A stretch of 64,000 bases of DNA. Source: Gemmatimonadota bacterium. GTDB taxonomy: Bacteria; Gemmatimonadota; Gemmatimonadetes; Gemmatimonadales; Gemmatimonadaceae. Location of the stretch: contig JBDTXN010000002.1 in the NCBI GenBank assembly GCA_040006175.1, positions 138 through 64,137 on the forward strand, in the 5' to 3' direction. The notes beneath the pieces were generated by a model. The model saw only the letters and a list, made by a program, of their open reading frames with translations, was not told the DNA's origin and did no database searches. Within the stretch, counting starts at the first letter, position 1. Every line of letters begins with the position of its first letter. Below are positions 20,621 to 29,929 of the stretch, piece after piece. The translations under genes were made by a program, and so were the position numbers.

Positions 20621-21318
20621 CGCACAGCCGCACGTTCGCGATAGCGCACCGGGTCGCGCACACCCGCCTCCGCAAAACCCTTGAGGCGAAGCTGGCACGC
20701 GTCGCACTCGCCACACGCGGCACCGTTCGCATCCGGATCGTAGCACGACATTGTAGACGCATAGTCGACGCCGAGCTCGAGGCCGCGCGCTATGATCTCA
20801 CCCTTCGACAGATGCACGAGCGGTGCATGAATGGTGAGACGGCGTCCTTCCGCTGCGGCTTTCGTCGCGAGATTCGCCATGGACTCGAACGCCTCGATGT
20901 ACTCGGGTCGACAATCGGGATAGCCACTGTAATCGAGCGCGTTCACACCGATGTAGATGTCGCTCGAGTCGCTCACCTCCGCCAGCGCGAGCGCGTACGA
21001 GAGGAATATCGTGTTGCGCGCGGGTACGTAGGTGATCGGGATTCCCTCCGACATCTCCGATGCAGATCGCCCCTTCGGCACCGCGAGATCGCTCGTCAGC
21101 GCCGAGCTGCCGAAGACGCGCAGGTCGATCTCGGCGACGACGTGCCGGAGCACGGCCGCGCGCTGCGCGATGACCTGCGCGGCCCGGATCTCCGCATCGT
21201 GGCGTTGTCCATATCGAAAGCTCAGCGCGATGTTCTCGAACCCTTCGCTGCGAGCGATGGCGAGCACGGTCGCCGAGTCGAGACCGCCGCTCAGAAGTAC
21301 GACGGCGGTTCGCGTCAT
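20617..21318 (-). CDS. queC: 7-cyano-7-deazaguanine synthase
   Basis: PP-loop [13 protein letters not shown], and a C-terminal zinc motif [10 protein letters not shown]. Confidence 0.95.
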   Translation of the reverse strand: MTRTAVVLLSGGLDSATVLAIARSEGFENIALSFRYGQRHDAEIRAAQVIAQRAAVLRHVVAEIDLRVFGSSALTSDLAVPKGRSASEMSEGIPITYVPARNTIFLSYALALAEVSDSSDIYIGVNALDYSGYPDCRPEYIEAFESMANLATKAAAEGRRLTIHAPLVHLSKGEIIARGLELGVDYASTMSCYDPDANGAACGECDACQLRLKGFAEAGVRDPVRYRERAAVR

Positions 21319-21362
21319 CGTCTTACCGGGTCAGCTTGCGAAAGAGTTCGCGAACGAGATGC

Positions 21363-21959
21363 TCACTGCACGACCGCGCTGTCCGGCGCCGTCACCCGTT
21401 TCGCCACGCGCCGCGCGAACACCTCGGCGCCCTTCGGCACCATGTCACTGGCGATGCCCTTGAGCTCGTACGAATCATCGAGCACCAGCTTGCCGCTCGC
21501 GACATCGATGAGCTCACCACTAAAAATCCAGATCAGATCACTCGTCTTGCTGATCTTGCCCATCACTACCCACTTGGCGCCGAGCTCCTGGCCGACGGCG
21601 CGCGCGCACGCGACGACGACGTTGCACGGGCGGTCCTGCACGACCGCCATCGCGGTCGGGCTCGAAACGGCCTTCGCCACGGTGGCGGCGTCGACGAACG
21701 TGATGCCTGGCTGGTTCGTCAGCCCTTTGCGCATGACCACGGTCGCCGTGTCGGCCATCGCGGTGTCGCCGGGGAAGATGTCATTGGCTCGCTTGCCGTA
21801 GAAGGCGAGATCGAGCATGGCGACCTTCACCGGCGCTCTCGTTGGCGTCGCGGTGGAGGTGCTACCGGACTGGGCGTGTACCCCCGGCACCGCGAAGATC
21901 AGGGCGGCGGCGCAGAGTGCCGCGTAGCGCGAGACGGAAAGAACGATGCTTTTTGACAT
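21363..21959 (-). CDS. Secreted hypothetical protein (DUF2380/TolB-N-like fold suspected)
   Basis: ATG at 21959. Signal peptide MSKSIVLSVSRYAALCAAALIFAVPGVHAQ, a conserved Cys pair (RPCNVVVAC), and a WVVMGKISK...GELIDVASGK pattern. Confidence 0.55.
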   Translation of the reverse strand: MSKSIVLSVSRYAALCAAALIFAVPGVHAQSGSTSTATPTRAPVKVAMLDLAFYGKRANDIFPGDTAMADTATVVMRKGLTNQPGITFVDAATVAKAVSSPTAMAVVQDRPCNVVVACARAVGQELGAKWVVMGKISKTSDLIWIFSGELIDVASGKLVLDDSYELKGIASDMVPKGAEVFARRVAKRVTAPDSAVVQ

Positions 21960-22126
21960 GCTGAAACTTACCCCCGAAGGGTCATTCGTTCCAGCCGAGT
22001 GAAGCGCAGCGCCCACAGCCGCTGCAACTAGTGGTCTCATGTGTGCGTAATGCGATACACGCCATCACTCGCCGTCGCGCGCGCCGCGCGCCACCGTGCG
22101 ATGTGGCTCACCAGACGGAGGAACCG

Positions 22127-22372
22127 ATGCCAACCGAAGAGCACAATGTCGACGGACAGAATCTGCTGGCGCGCGTAAAGGAGATCGTGCACGAAGGGAA
22201 CGTGCGCCGCATCATCATCAAGAACGAGCAGGGGCACTCGCTGCTCGAGATTCCGCTCACGATCGGGGTGGTGGGTGCTGTGCTGATGCCGGTGTGGGTC
22301 GCGATCGGCGCGATCGCGGCCCTCACGGCACGCTATACCCTGGTGGTCGAGAAAGACCTTCCGCCGGCGTGA
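22127..22372 (+). CDS. Small membrane-anchored protein, DUF4342-like
   Basis: ATG at 22127 lies 5 nt after GGAGGA. The sequence LLARVKEIVHEGNVRRIIIKNEQGHSLLEIPLTIGVVGAVL is followed by one TM helix. Confidence 0.65.
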   Translation: MPTEEHNVDGQNLLARVKEIVHEGNVRRIIIKNEQGHSLLEIPLTIGVVGAVLMPVWVAIGAIAALTARYTLVVEKDLPPA

Positions 22373-22384
22373 CCGGCGGAGTTG

Positions 22385-23128
22385 CTACCGCCGCCGGCCG
22401 CCAAAAACGATCGAGGCCCAGCGGAGCAGCTCGAGGTAGAGCCACACCAGCGTGACGAGCATACCGAACGCGGCGTACCACTCCATCTGGCGCGGCGCGT
22501 TTCCAGCGAGTCGCTCGATCATGTCGAAGTTCAACAGCAGGTTCATCGCTGCGACGATCACGACCGCGGAGCTGAAGATCAGCCCGACCGTACCAAAGCC
22601 GAACACGCCCGGCATCTGGATGTGAAAGAGGCCGAGCACCATGGTGATGAGGTAGAACACCATGATGCCCGCGGTCGCGCCAAAGATGATGCTGCGCAGC
22701 CTGTCCGTCACCTTGATGATGTGGGTTGCGTATAGTGCAAGCATCGCGAGCGCCACACCGAAGGTGAGGCCGACCGCGATGAGGGGGATGCCCTTGAACT
22801 GCGCTTCGTAGATGTAGGAGATCCCGCCGAGCGCGAGCCCCTCGAGCACCGCATAGATCGGCGCGGTGATGCGCGCGAGATTCGGCTTGAACGAGGTGAT
22901 CATCGCCACGACGAGCGCCGCGATCGCGCCGCCGAAGACGACGCCCGTGATGTTGCGGTCGGGAACCTGAAGAATCTGATACCAGGTATATCCTGCGCTC
23001 GCAGCGGCGAGGAGGACGAGAGCGAAGGACTTCCACGCGGCGCCGGCAACGGTCATGACACCGGTGCCACCTTCTGCGCGAGCTCGGGCGATCGCCTGAT
23101 CGGTAAATGCTGGATTCGAGAAAGCCAT
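22385..23128 (-). CDS. Bax inhibitor-1/YccA family membrane protein
   Basis: ATG at 23128 (MAFSNPAFTDQ...). Seven predicted TM helices and a charged C-terminus, as in BI-1-like proteins. Confidence 0.75.
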   Translation of the reverse strand: MAFSNPAFTDQAIARARAEGGTGVMTVAGAAWKSFALVLLAAASAGYTWYQILQVPDRNITGVVFGGAIAALVVAMITSFKPNLARITAPIYAVLEGLALGGISYIYEAQFKGIPLIAVGLTFGVALAMLALYATHIIKVTDRLRSIIFGATAGIMVFYLITMVLGLFHIQMPGVFGFGTVGLIFSSAVVIVAAMNLLLNFDMIERLAGNAPRQMEWYAAFGMLVTLVWLYLELLRWASIVFGGRRR

Positions 23129-23240
23129 GTTGTCGCTATGATAGTTGGAGAGGCGTGCCTGTACCACGCTTTGTGATACCCCGCACATGACGGGATGTCA
23201 CGTCTGAAATTTCGCCTGACTCGCCTCCCCGCGTAAGAGG

Positions 23241-23597
23241 ATGCTGGAGATGCCTGTGCCCGTCGCCGCCACCCGGATCGCTCTAGCGACCTTCGCGCTT
23301 TTCCTTGTGGCGCCGGGGCCTCCCGTCTATCCCGGGGCGACACGCGAAACGCCGACGGCGCTCATCGAAAAGAGCTCGGGGGTGGAGGCGTCGGCAACCT
23401 ATTCCACAACCGATGCGTTCGAGAAGGTGGACTCGTTCTACCGCGCCCACGGGAAGGAGGACACCGGCGCACGGCGCATCTCCTCGAGCAGCAAGCGCGC
23501 GCTCTACTATTTCGGCGATTCGAAGAGCGATGTGCTGCTCCTCTGGCCGAAGGATGGCTCGAGCGAGGCGACGTCGATCGTGATTTCGAAGGATTGA
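23241..23597 (+). CDS. Hypothetical secreted protein
   Basis: N-terminal hydrophobic segment (ATRIALATFALFLVAPG). GC3-rich frame. No recognisable motif. Confidence 0.5.
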   Translation: MLEMPVPVAATRIALATFALFLVAPGPPVYPGATRETPTALIEKSSGVEASATYSTTDAFEKVDSFYRAHGKEDTGARRISSSSKRALYYFGDSKSDVLLLWPKDGSSEATSIVISKD

Positions 23598-23651
23598 CGC
23601 GGGCCGGATTCACGGCCGTCCCAGCCCGCGATTCGGACGACCGGTTGGTGT

Positions 23652-24584
23652 CTACGCCGCCCGAATCACGTGAGCGCGCCACGCGGCGAATGCGATCCAT
23701 GCTTTCGTCCGGGCACTCACCCGCGCGCGGCGAGAGAGTGTGTCGTGCTGAATCTGCTCGAGCGCATCGAGAATCCCCGCGTAGCCGTGCGCGCAGATCG
23801 TCGCGCACACGCGAGTCTCGCGCGGCAGCAACGCCAACCCAGCCTCCGCCGACGCGTACAATGCGCGCGCACGCCGCACTTGGGAGAGCATGAGCTTCTT
23901 CCACCTGGGATCGTCGGGGGCGATGCTCCGGGCGAGCACTTCCTGGCGCGCGATCCCGAAATGCGCGAGATCGTCCGTCGGGAGGTAGCACCGGCCGCGA
24001 GCCGCATCCTCCCCAACGTCCCGAAGAATGTTCGTGAGCTGCATGGCGACGCCCAGGGTACGTGCGTGCCGGAGGGCGCACTGCCGAGCCCGCGGCTGCT
24101 CGGGGAGGCCGAACACGTGCGCGCACATCTCGCCGACCGTGCTCGCAACGCCGTCGCAGTAACGCTGCAAGTCGTCCCAGCTCTCCATGGGAAGAGGCTC
24201 GAGGTCGGTCGACACGGCCTCTAGTAGCGCGTAAAGCGGCTCGTGCGGGATGCCGAAGTGGTGCACGGCCCACGCGAGCTCCCTGAAGACGGGACCATCG
24301 GGGCCTCCGTTCAGCGCATTGCTCAGCGCCAGGCGGTGCGCGCGCACGCCCGCTGCGGGCGCGAGGCGCGTGGCGGGCAAAGGGGAATCGACGATGTCGT
24401 CCGCCACGCGGCAGAACGCATAGACCGCAAACGCACCGCGTCTCTCCTTGGCTGGCAAAAATCGGCTTGCAAGCGCGAATGTGCGCGCATGATGTCGCGT
24501 TACTGCCGCACAATATGCCGCGTCAGACCGAAACGCGCGCCTCTTCGTCGCGCTTGCTGTTAGCACGCTTCCCAAGCTGATCAC
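23652..24584 (-). CDS. crtB: Phytoene synthase
   Basis: GTG start 5 nt after the crtI stop. YAFCRVADDIVD and NILRDVGEDAARGRCYLP are the two Asp-rich motifs of squalene/phytoene synthases. Confidence 0.9.
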   Translation of the reverse strand: MISLGSVLTASATKRRAFRSDAAYCAAVTRHHARTFALASRFLPAKERRGAFAVYAFCRVADDIVDSPLPATRLAPAAGVRAHRLALSNALNGGPDGPVFRELAWAVHHFGIPHEPLYALLEAVSTDLEPLPMESWDDLQRYCDGVASTVGEMCAHVFGLPEQPRARQCALRHARTLGVAMQLTNILRDVGEDAARGRCYLPTDDLAHFGIARQEVLARSIAPDDPRWKKLMLSQVRRARALYASAEAGLALLPRETRVCATICAHGYAGILDALEQIQHDTLSRRARVSARTKAWIAFAAWRAHVIRAA

Positions 24585-24589
24585 TTTGT

Positions 24590-26077
24590 CTAGCGTTTGT
24601 CCACTAAATTACTGTCCCCCAATAACTTAGCAACTATTTTGCCAGACGAAAGTACCCCTGGGATACCGGCACCCGGGTGCGTCCCCGCTCCCGCGAAATA
24701 CAGATTCGGCACGTCCTCGCTCCGGTTGTGCGGACGCATCCAGGCCGACTGCGTCAGCACCGGCTCCACCGAAAACGCACTGCCAAGGTAGCTGTTGAGC
24801 GTATCTCGGAAATACCGCGGGTCCACGATACGCTCTGTCACGATGTGCTTCGAGAGATCAGGAAGGTAGTTCGCCTCGAGATGCGCCACGATCGCGTCGC
24901 GATACGGGCCCGCCGCTGCCGCCCAATCCGTGGGCCCACCCAGATGCGGAACCGGCGAGAGCACGTAGAACGCATCGCACCCCTCCGGCGCGAGCGACGG
25001 GTCCGTTGCCGTAGGCCGGTGCAGGTACAGCGAGAAGTCCTTCGCGAGAATCTTCCTCGTGAAGATGTCCTCGAGCAGCTCGCGATAGCGCGGACCCATC
25101 AGAATCTCGTGGTGCGCGATGTCGTCGTACCGCCGGTTCGTTCCGAAGTAGAGCACGAACAGCGACATCGAATAGCGCATGCGCGCGAGCTTCGCATCGG
25201 TGTTCGTGCGCCGATGACGCGGCGCGACCATCTGCGAGTACGTGAAGGCGACATCCGCGTTGCTCACGACCGCATCCGCCGGAATTCGCTCGCCGCTCGC
25301 GAGCCGCACACCCGTCGCGCGCCCGCTCGCGTCGTCGATCTCGATCTCCGACACCTCGCTGCTCAGTCGAACGATGGCACCCTGCTCCACCAGCACCGTC
25401 GCAAGCGCGTCGACGAGCTTGCCCATTCCACCCATCGCGAACCACACGCCCCATCGCTGCTCGAGCGTGTGGATCAGCGCGTAGATGTTCGTCGTGTGAA
25501 ACGGATTTCCACCAATGAGCAGCGGGTGGAAGCTGAAAAGCTGTCGCAACCGGTCGTCGTGGATGTACCGCTCGACGAACTTCGCGACCGACCGATCGGA
25601 GCGAAGCCGGATGAGATCCGGGAGAATGCGCGCCATGTCCCGAAGAGTGAGGAAGGGCGTCGCAATCAGCGCCATCCCCGTCTCGAAGATCTCGGCCGCG
25701 CGTTCGGCGAATCGCTCGTACCCCTCGACGTCGCGCGGACTCCACGCCCGAATCTGCTCGATGACCGCCGCACGGTCGCCGTTGTAGTGAAAGACGGAGC
25801 CGTCGGGAAAGCGCACGTTGTAGAACGGATCCACCCGCACGAGCGAGACGTAATCTTCCGTGCGTCGGCCCGCGATCTCGAACAGCTCGTGGATGAGCCA
25901 CGGTGCCGTGATGATCGTCGGACCCGCATCGAAAGTGAAACCGTCCTGCTCGAAGACGTACGCGCGTCCGCCTGGCTTGTCGAGCTTCTCGAGCACCGTC
26001 ACGTCATGGCCCTGCGCGCGCAAACGGATTGCGGCGGACAGGCCGCCGAATCCGCTGCCGATCACGACGATCCTCAC
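24590..26077 (-). CDS. crtI: Phytoene desaturase
   Basis: The GTG at 26077 forms a GTGA overlap with the stop of the upstream gene. VRIVVIGSGFGGLSAAIRL is the FAD fold. The C-terminal NLYFAGAGTHPGAGIPGV motif is present. The first 127 codons of track ORF 24590..26458 overlap cruF out of frame. Confidence 0.9.
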   Translation of the reverse strand: MRIVVIGSGFGGLSAAIRLRAQGHDVTVLEKLDKPGGRAYVFEQDGFTFDAGPTIITAPWLIHELFEIAGRRTEDYVSLVRVDPFYNVRFPDGSVFHYNGDRAAVIEQIRAWSPRDVEGYERFAERAAEIFETGMALIATPFLTLRDMARILPDLIRLRSDRSVAKFVERYIHDDRLRQLFSFHPLLIGGNPFHTTNIYALIHTLEQRWGVWFAMGGMGKLVDALATVLVEQGAIVRLSSEVSEIEIDDASGRATGVRLASGERIPADAVVSNADVAFTYSQMVAPRHRRTNTDAKLARMRYSMSLFVLYFGTNRRYDDIAHHEILMGPRYRELLEDIFTRKILAKDFSLYLHRPTATDPSLAPEGCDAFYVLSPVPHLGGPTDWAAAAGPYRDAIVAHLEANYLPDLSKHIVTERIVDPRYFRDTLNSYLGSAFSVEPVLTQSAWMRPHNRSEDVPNLYFAGAGTHPGAGIPGVLSSGKIVAKLLGDSNLVDKR

Positions 26078-26967
26078 CCGCTCGCCGGTTCCCTCGAGCC
26101 CAGTCTGCTCGTGTTCGGCACCACGCGACGCACGGGGTTCGCCGTGCTCGCGAGCAAGAGCGGAATGCCCATGGCGAGCGCGCCGAGTACCGCGGCCCAG
26201 GTCAGTCCGTGCCGCGCGCAGATCGCGATCGGCATGACACCGTTGATCGCGTAGAGCACGAGCGTGAACGGCGAGGGCGACACACGCGCCGCGTAAACCG
26301 TGGGCGGCACGACCTCGAGGTACAGGCGCGCGATGATGGTTCCCGTGAGCCACCAGCCGAACCAGTTCAGCCACGGCATCCCGTAGAACGATCCCGCGAC
26401 GTGCCAGATCCAGTGCTTCGTCGCGAACGACATCGCGGGATCCATCGAGACGTCCCACGCCGTGAGCACCAATCCGCCGATCGCTGCCCAGGTGAGCTTC
26501 GAGCGCCAGTCATCCGCCGCCGGGAGAAAACGGCCGCAGATCGCGAGCGAGCAATAGATCATGTAGAACCAGGAGAGCGGAATCGGAAACGGCACGAGTC
26601 CGCCGATGCGATATCCCAGCATCGTGGTGTACGAGTACGGCCCGAACGGCAGCCCCGTGCTCGTACCGATGAGCTCCGCGGTCAGCGATGCCAGCGTTCC
26701 TGCCGCGAGCAGCATGAACGCGCGCCGCGAGTCCAACCTCCCACTCGCGTGTACGAGCGCAGCGAGCGCGCCGAGTGTGACGTACGTCGGCCCGGAAAGC
26801 TTCCACCCCCAATAGGCGACGACGGCGTTGGCGCCCGTTTGCATCCAGGCGGGTGGCGCACCCGCGAGAAAAGTCGTGAGCGCGATCGTCGCGAAAACGA
26901 TCAGCGCCACGTGAAGCGACAACAGCGTCCACTCGATGCGAGGACTACGACCCAAACGCTCTTCCAA
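26074..26967 (-). CDS. cruF: Carotenoid biosynthesis membrane protein (DUF422, CruF-like carotenoid 1,2-hydratase)
   Basis: TTG start 4 nt after GGGAGGA. Polytopic, with LPFGPYSYT...PLSWFYM...WDVSMDPAM...GMPWLNWFGWWLTG, the pattern I recognise from CruF/DUF422 proteins. Sits in an operon with crtI and crtB. Confidence 0.75.
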   Translation of the reverse strand: MEERLGRSPRIEWTLLSLHVALIVFATIALTTFLAGAPPAWMQTGANAVVAYWGWKLSGPTYVTLGALAALVHASGRLDSRRAFMLLAAGTLASLTAELIGTSTGLPFGPYSYTTMLGYRIGGLVPFPIPLSWFYMIYCSLAICGRFLPAADDWRSKLTWAAIGGLVLTAWDVSMDPAMSFATKHWIWHVAGSFYGMPWLNWFGWWLTGTIIARLYLEVVPPTVYAARVSPSPFTLVLYAINGVMPIAICARHGLTWAAVLGALAMGIPLLLASTANPVRRVVPNTSRLGSREPASG

Positions 26968-27222
26968 ACGTCCTCCCTGTCTACGCGATCACACGGCGGA
27001 GCACATGTCCACCAGATGTTCGCGAGCAACGTGCACGTGCATCACTGACCGATTCGTGCCCGCGCGAACACGCACATAGCGAGCCTCGCTGCACGCGAAG
27101 AAATCAAGTAAATGATAGAGCGCTCCAGTCGTTCCAACAACGAGCGCGCGCATGGACAGAGCTTGGTCGTGATCGCCGAGTACGGCTGCGGATTTGCGGT
27201 TCACGGCGTAGTTTCTTCGCCC

Positions 27223-28587
27223 ATGAACACACGCGCTCTCCTCCTCGATGCTGCCGGTCGAGGCGCCGCCTATCTCGAGGGGCTCCCCTCGCGGAGCGTG
27301 GCCCCAACGGCCGAAGCCGTCACGGCGCTCGCTCGCTTCGACCAGCCGCTCCCCGAGCATCCGCGCGACCCGAGCCTCGTGCTGCGTGATCTCGACGAGA
27401 TCGGCTCCCCCGGCACCGGCGCCTCGGCCGGAGGCCGCTACTTCGGCTTCGTCATCGGCGCGTCGCTGCCCGCGGCGCTCGCTGCGAACATGCTCGCGTC
27501 ATCGTGGGACCAGAACGCGGGGCTCTTCGTCATCTCGCCCACTGCATCCACGCTCGAGACCATCGCACTACGGTGGCTACTTGATGCGCTGCATCTCCCG
27601 CGGACGTCTGCCGCCGGCTTCGTCACCGGCGCCACGATGGCCAACTTCACCGGCCTTGCCGCCGCGCGGCATTCTCTCCTCGATCGCGCTGGGTGGGATG
27701 TGGAGGCGCAGGGACTCTTCGGGGCACCGCCGCTCAACGTCATCGTCGGCGACGAGGTTCATGTCACCGCTCTCAAGGCGCTCGCCATGCTCGGCCTCGG
27801 CCGCGCCCGCGTCTCACGTGTGCCCGCCGATGCGCAGGGTCGCATGCGCGCCGACTTGTTGCCGCCGTTGGATGATCGAACGATCCTCTGCCTCCAGGCG
27901 GGGAACGTGAACACCGGAGCCGTCGATCCGCTCGCCGAGCTGATCCCGCGTGCGCGCGCCGCGGGCGCATGGGTGCACGTGGATGGAGCCTTCGGGCTCT
28001 GGGCCGCCGCCGCCCCCGCGCGCGCTGCGCTCCTCGCCGGCGTCGAAGATGCCGACTCGTGGGCGCTCGATGCACACAAGTGGCTCAACGTTCCCTACGA
28101 CAGCGGTGTCGCGATCTGCCGCGACCGCGACGCGCTGCGCGGCGCCACCGCGGTCACCGCCGCTTATCTGGTACAGGGCGCCGAGCGCGATCCGAGCGAC
28201 TATACGCCGGAGCTCTCACGACGCGCGCGGGGCGTGGACGTGTGGGCGGCGCTCTCCGCACTCGGCCGCTCCGGCGTCGCGGAGATGATCGAGCGCAACT
28301 GCCTCCAGGCCACGCGCTTTGCCGATGGGCTGCGGGAAGCCGGCTACGACATCCTCAACGATGTCGTGCTCAATCAGGTGCTCGTGAGCTTCGGCGAGGC
28401 CGAGACGACGCGCCGTGTCATCGCGGGCATCCAGACGGACGGAACGTGCTGGTGTGGCGGAACCGTCTGGCACGGCCGAACCGCGATGCGCATTAGCGTG
28501 AGCTCGTGGGCCACGACGGACGAGGACGTGGAGCTGAGTCTCGCCGCGATGATCCGCGTAGCGCGCGGAGTGCACGCGACGGTGTAA
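27223..28587 (+). CDS. Pyridoxal-dependent decarboxylase (group II, aspartate aminotransferase fold)
   Basis: ATG at 27223. GATMANFTGLAAAR, HVDGAFG, and the PLP-lysine motif DAHKWLNVPYDSG. Confidence 0.85.
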   Translation: MNTRALLLDAAGRGAAYLEGLPSRSVAPTAEAVTALARFDQPLPEHPRDPSLVLRDLDEIGSPGTGASAGGRYFGFVIGASLPAALAANMLASSWDQNAGLFVISPTASTLETIALRWLLDALHLPRTSAAGFVTGATMANFTGLAAARHSLLDRAGWDVEAQGLFGAPPLNVIVGDEVHVTALKALAMLGLGRARVSRVPADAQGRMRADLLPPLDDRTILCLQAGNVNTGAVDPLAELIPRARAAGAWVHVDGAFGLWAAAAPARAALLAGVEDADSWALDAHKWLNVPYDSGVAICRDRDALRGATAVTAAYLVQGAERDPSDYTPELSRRARGVDVWAALSALGRSGVAEMIERNCLQATRFADGLREAGYDILNDVVLNQVLVSFGEAETTRRVIAGIQTDGTCWCGGTVWHGRTAMRISVSSWATTDEDVELSLAAMIRVARGVHATV

Positions 28588-28627
28588 GGCGACGGCTTCG
28601 CCGCGTTGCGGAGAGCGGTGGTGAGGT

Positions 28628-29098
28628 CTAGCCCCTGACCATCTGGATGCACGCGACGATACGCATGACCCGATTTAGATGCGACGGCAGAAATGCCGGG
28701 AGTGCTTCCGGCTTCATCGACGGAAGGCGCGCGAGATCGGTGCGCACTGAATCGATGACCGAGGACCACGCTGGGTCTGCCTGTACGTGCATGGCACGGA
28801 TACGTGATTCGAAGTTGGTGAGCATACCTTTCACCAATTCTTCGTGCGCGGGAAGCTTGCCCATCGCGGCAGCCGGCGTCGCCTTTTGCAGCGCTCGGAC
28901 GTCGTTCGTCACTGCGGTGACCGTCGCTTCGGTGGCACTGTCCGGTTTGCCCGCGGGCACCGCCATAGTCGCTGTCGCGGGAGGGGTTGTCACGCTGTCC
29001 TCGATCGAGGCGGCGGACCGCTGACTGGACGATGACTCACAGGCGGCCGCGATTGGTAGCAGCGAAAGAACAAGGAGTCGCGCAGGGAGACGCGGCAT
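28628..29098 (-). CDS. Hypothetical lipoprotein
   Basis: ATG at 29098. MPRLPARLLVLSLLPIAAACESS carries a lipobox. The remainder is helical with no known motif. Confidence 0.55.
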   Translation of the reverse strand: MPRLPARLLVLSLLPIAAACESSSSQRSAASIEDSVTTPPATATMAVPAGKPDSATEATVTAVTNDVRALQKATPAAAMGKLPAHEELVKGMLTNFESRIRAMHVQADPAWSSVIDSVRTDLARLPSMKPEALPAFLPSHLNRVMRIVACIQMVRG

Positions 29099-29407
29099 GA
29101 GGCTCTCGAGTCTAAATGGTTGTGGCATATGGACGAAAACCGTGCGAACTGGACAATTTCAACGCATTCTTCACGCCGGGAAGGGCTCGGTATCTCTTAG
29201 GTGTGCGGCGAAGCGTATTAGTGATGAATTGGCTCGCTCCCGCCCTGTGCCCGCGGTCGATCGCCACCCGAAACCTTCAATTCGCGTGTCCAGCTCCGAA
29301 CCCGGGGTGCGTGGGTGTGGACAAGTGTCTCATTTTGATGCTGGCTGACGTCTTATAGCTGTAGCGCCACCACATCGTTCATTGTTGGCCGACGCAAACG
29401 AGACCGC

Positions 29408-29929
29408 GTGAACATTCGCTGGCTGTTCGAACGCCACTATCCGAGCCTCGTCCGGTATCTCCACGGACGGGTTCGCGATCGCGACCTCGCCGAGGATTTG
29501 GCGCAGGAGGCATTCGTGCGCCTGCTCGAGAAGCCGCCGCGCGAGCCGGACACATGGCTGTATGTGGTCGCGGGAAATCTGGCTCGTGACGCGAAGCGCA
29601 GCGAGGGGCGACGCTCGCGTCATCTCGGGATCGTGAGCGAGAGGAGCCCGAAAGTGGAGGCAGCTGATCCGGCTCCGGCGGCGGACGCCGCGATGTGCAG
29701 CGCGGAGGAGTGTGCGCTCGTGCAGGACACGCTTGCCATGCTCCCCGAGCGCGACGCGGCCCTGCTCGTGATGCGCGCAGACGACGTGTCGTATCGTGAG
29801 ATCGCTGCCGCGATCGGCGTTGCACCCACATCGGTAGGTCCGCTGCTGGCGCGTGCGCAGCAGCGATTCATCCGCGCACTCGGAAGCCGCGCAGAAGAAC
29901 GGAGGAGCGATGCGCGAGCATCCGGCTGA
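29408..29929 (+). CDS. ECF-type RNA polymerase sigma factor
   Basis: GTG start. Region 2 is DLAEDLAQEAFVRLL...WLYVVAGNLARD. Region 4 HTH is VSYREIAAAIGVAPTSVGPLLARAQQRF. Confidence 0.85.
   Translation: MNIRWLFERHYPSLVRYLHGRVRDRDLAEDLAQEAFVRLLEKPPREPDTWLYVVAGNLARDAKRSEGRRSRHLGIVSERSPKVEAADPAPAADAAMCSAEECALVQDTLAMLPERDAALLVMRADDVSYREIAAAIGVAPTSVGPLLARAQQRFIRALGSRAEERRSDARASG

Noticed and set aside
21319-21362. A possible preQ1 riboswitch upstream of queC.
   Set aside because: The spacer is only 44 nt and lacks the conserved C-rich loop and A-rich tail of the preQ1-I/II aptamers.
24677-26254. A 525-aa plus-strand ORF and the 347-aa minus ORF 24858..25901.
   Set aside because: They are shadows of crtI. 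The crtI frame carries the FAD fold and the C-terminal desaturase motif.
29099-29407. A search for an autoregulatory ECF promoter (GAAC-N16/17-CGT) upstream of the ECF sigma gene.
   Set aside because: GAAC and CGTC strings occur, but none have correct spacing, so no promoter is reported.
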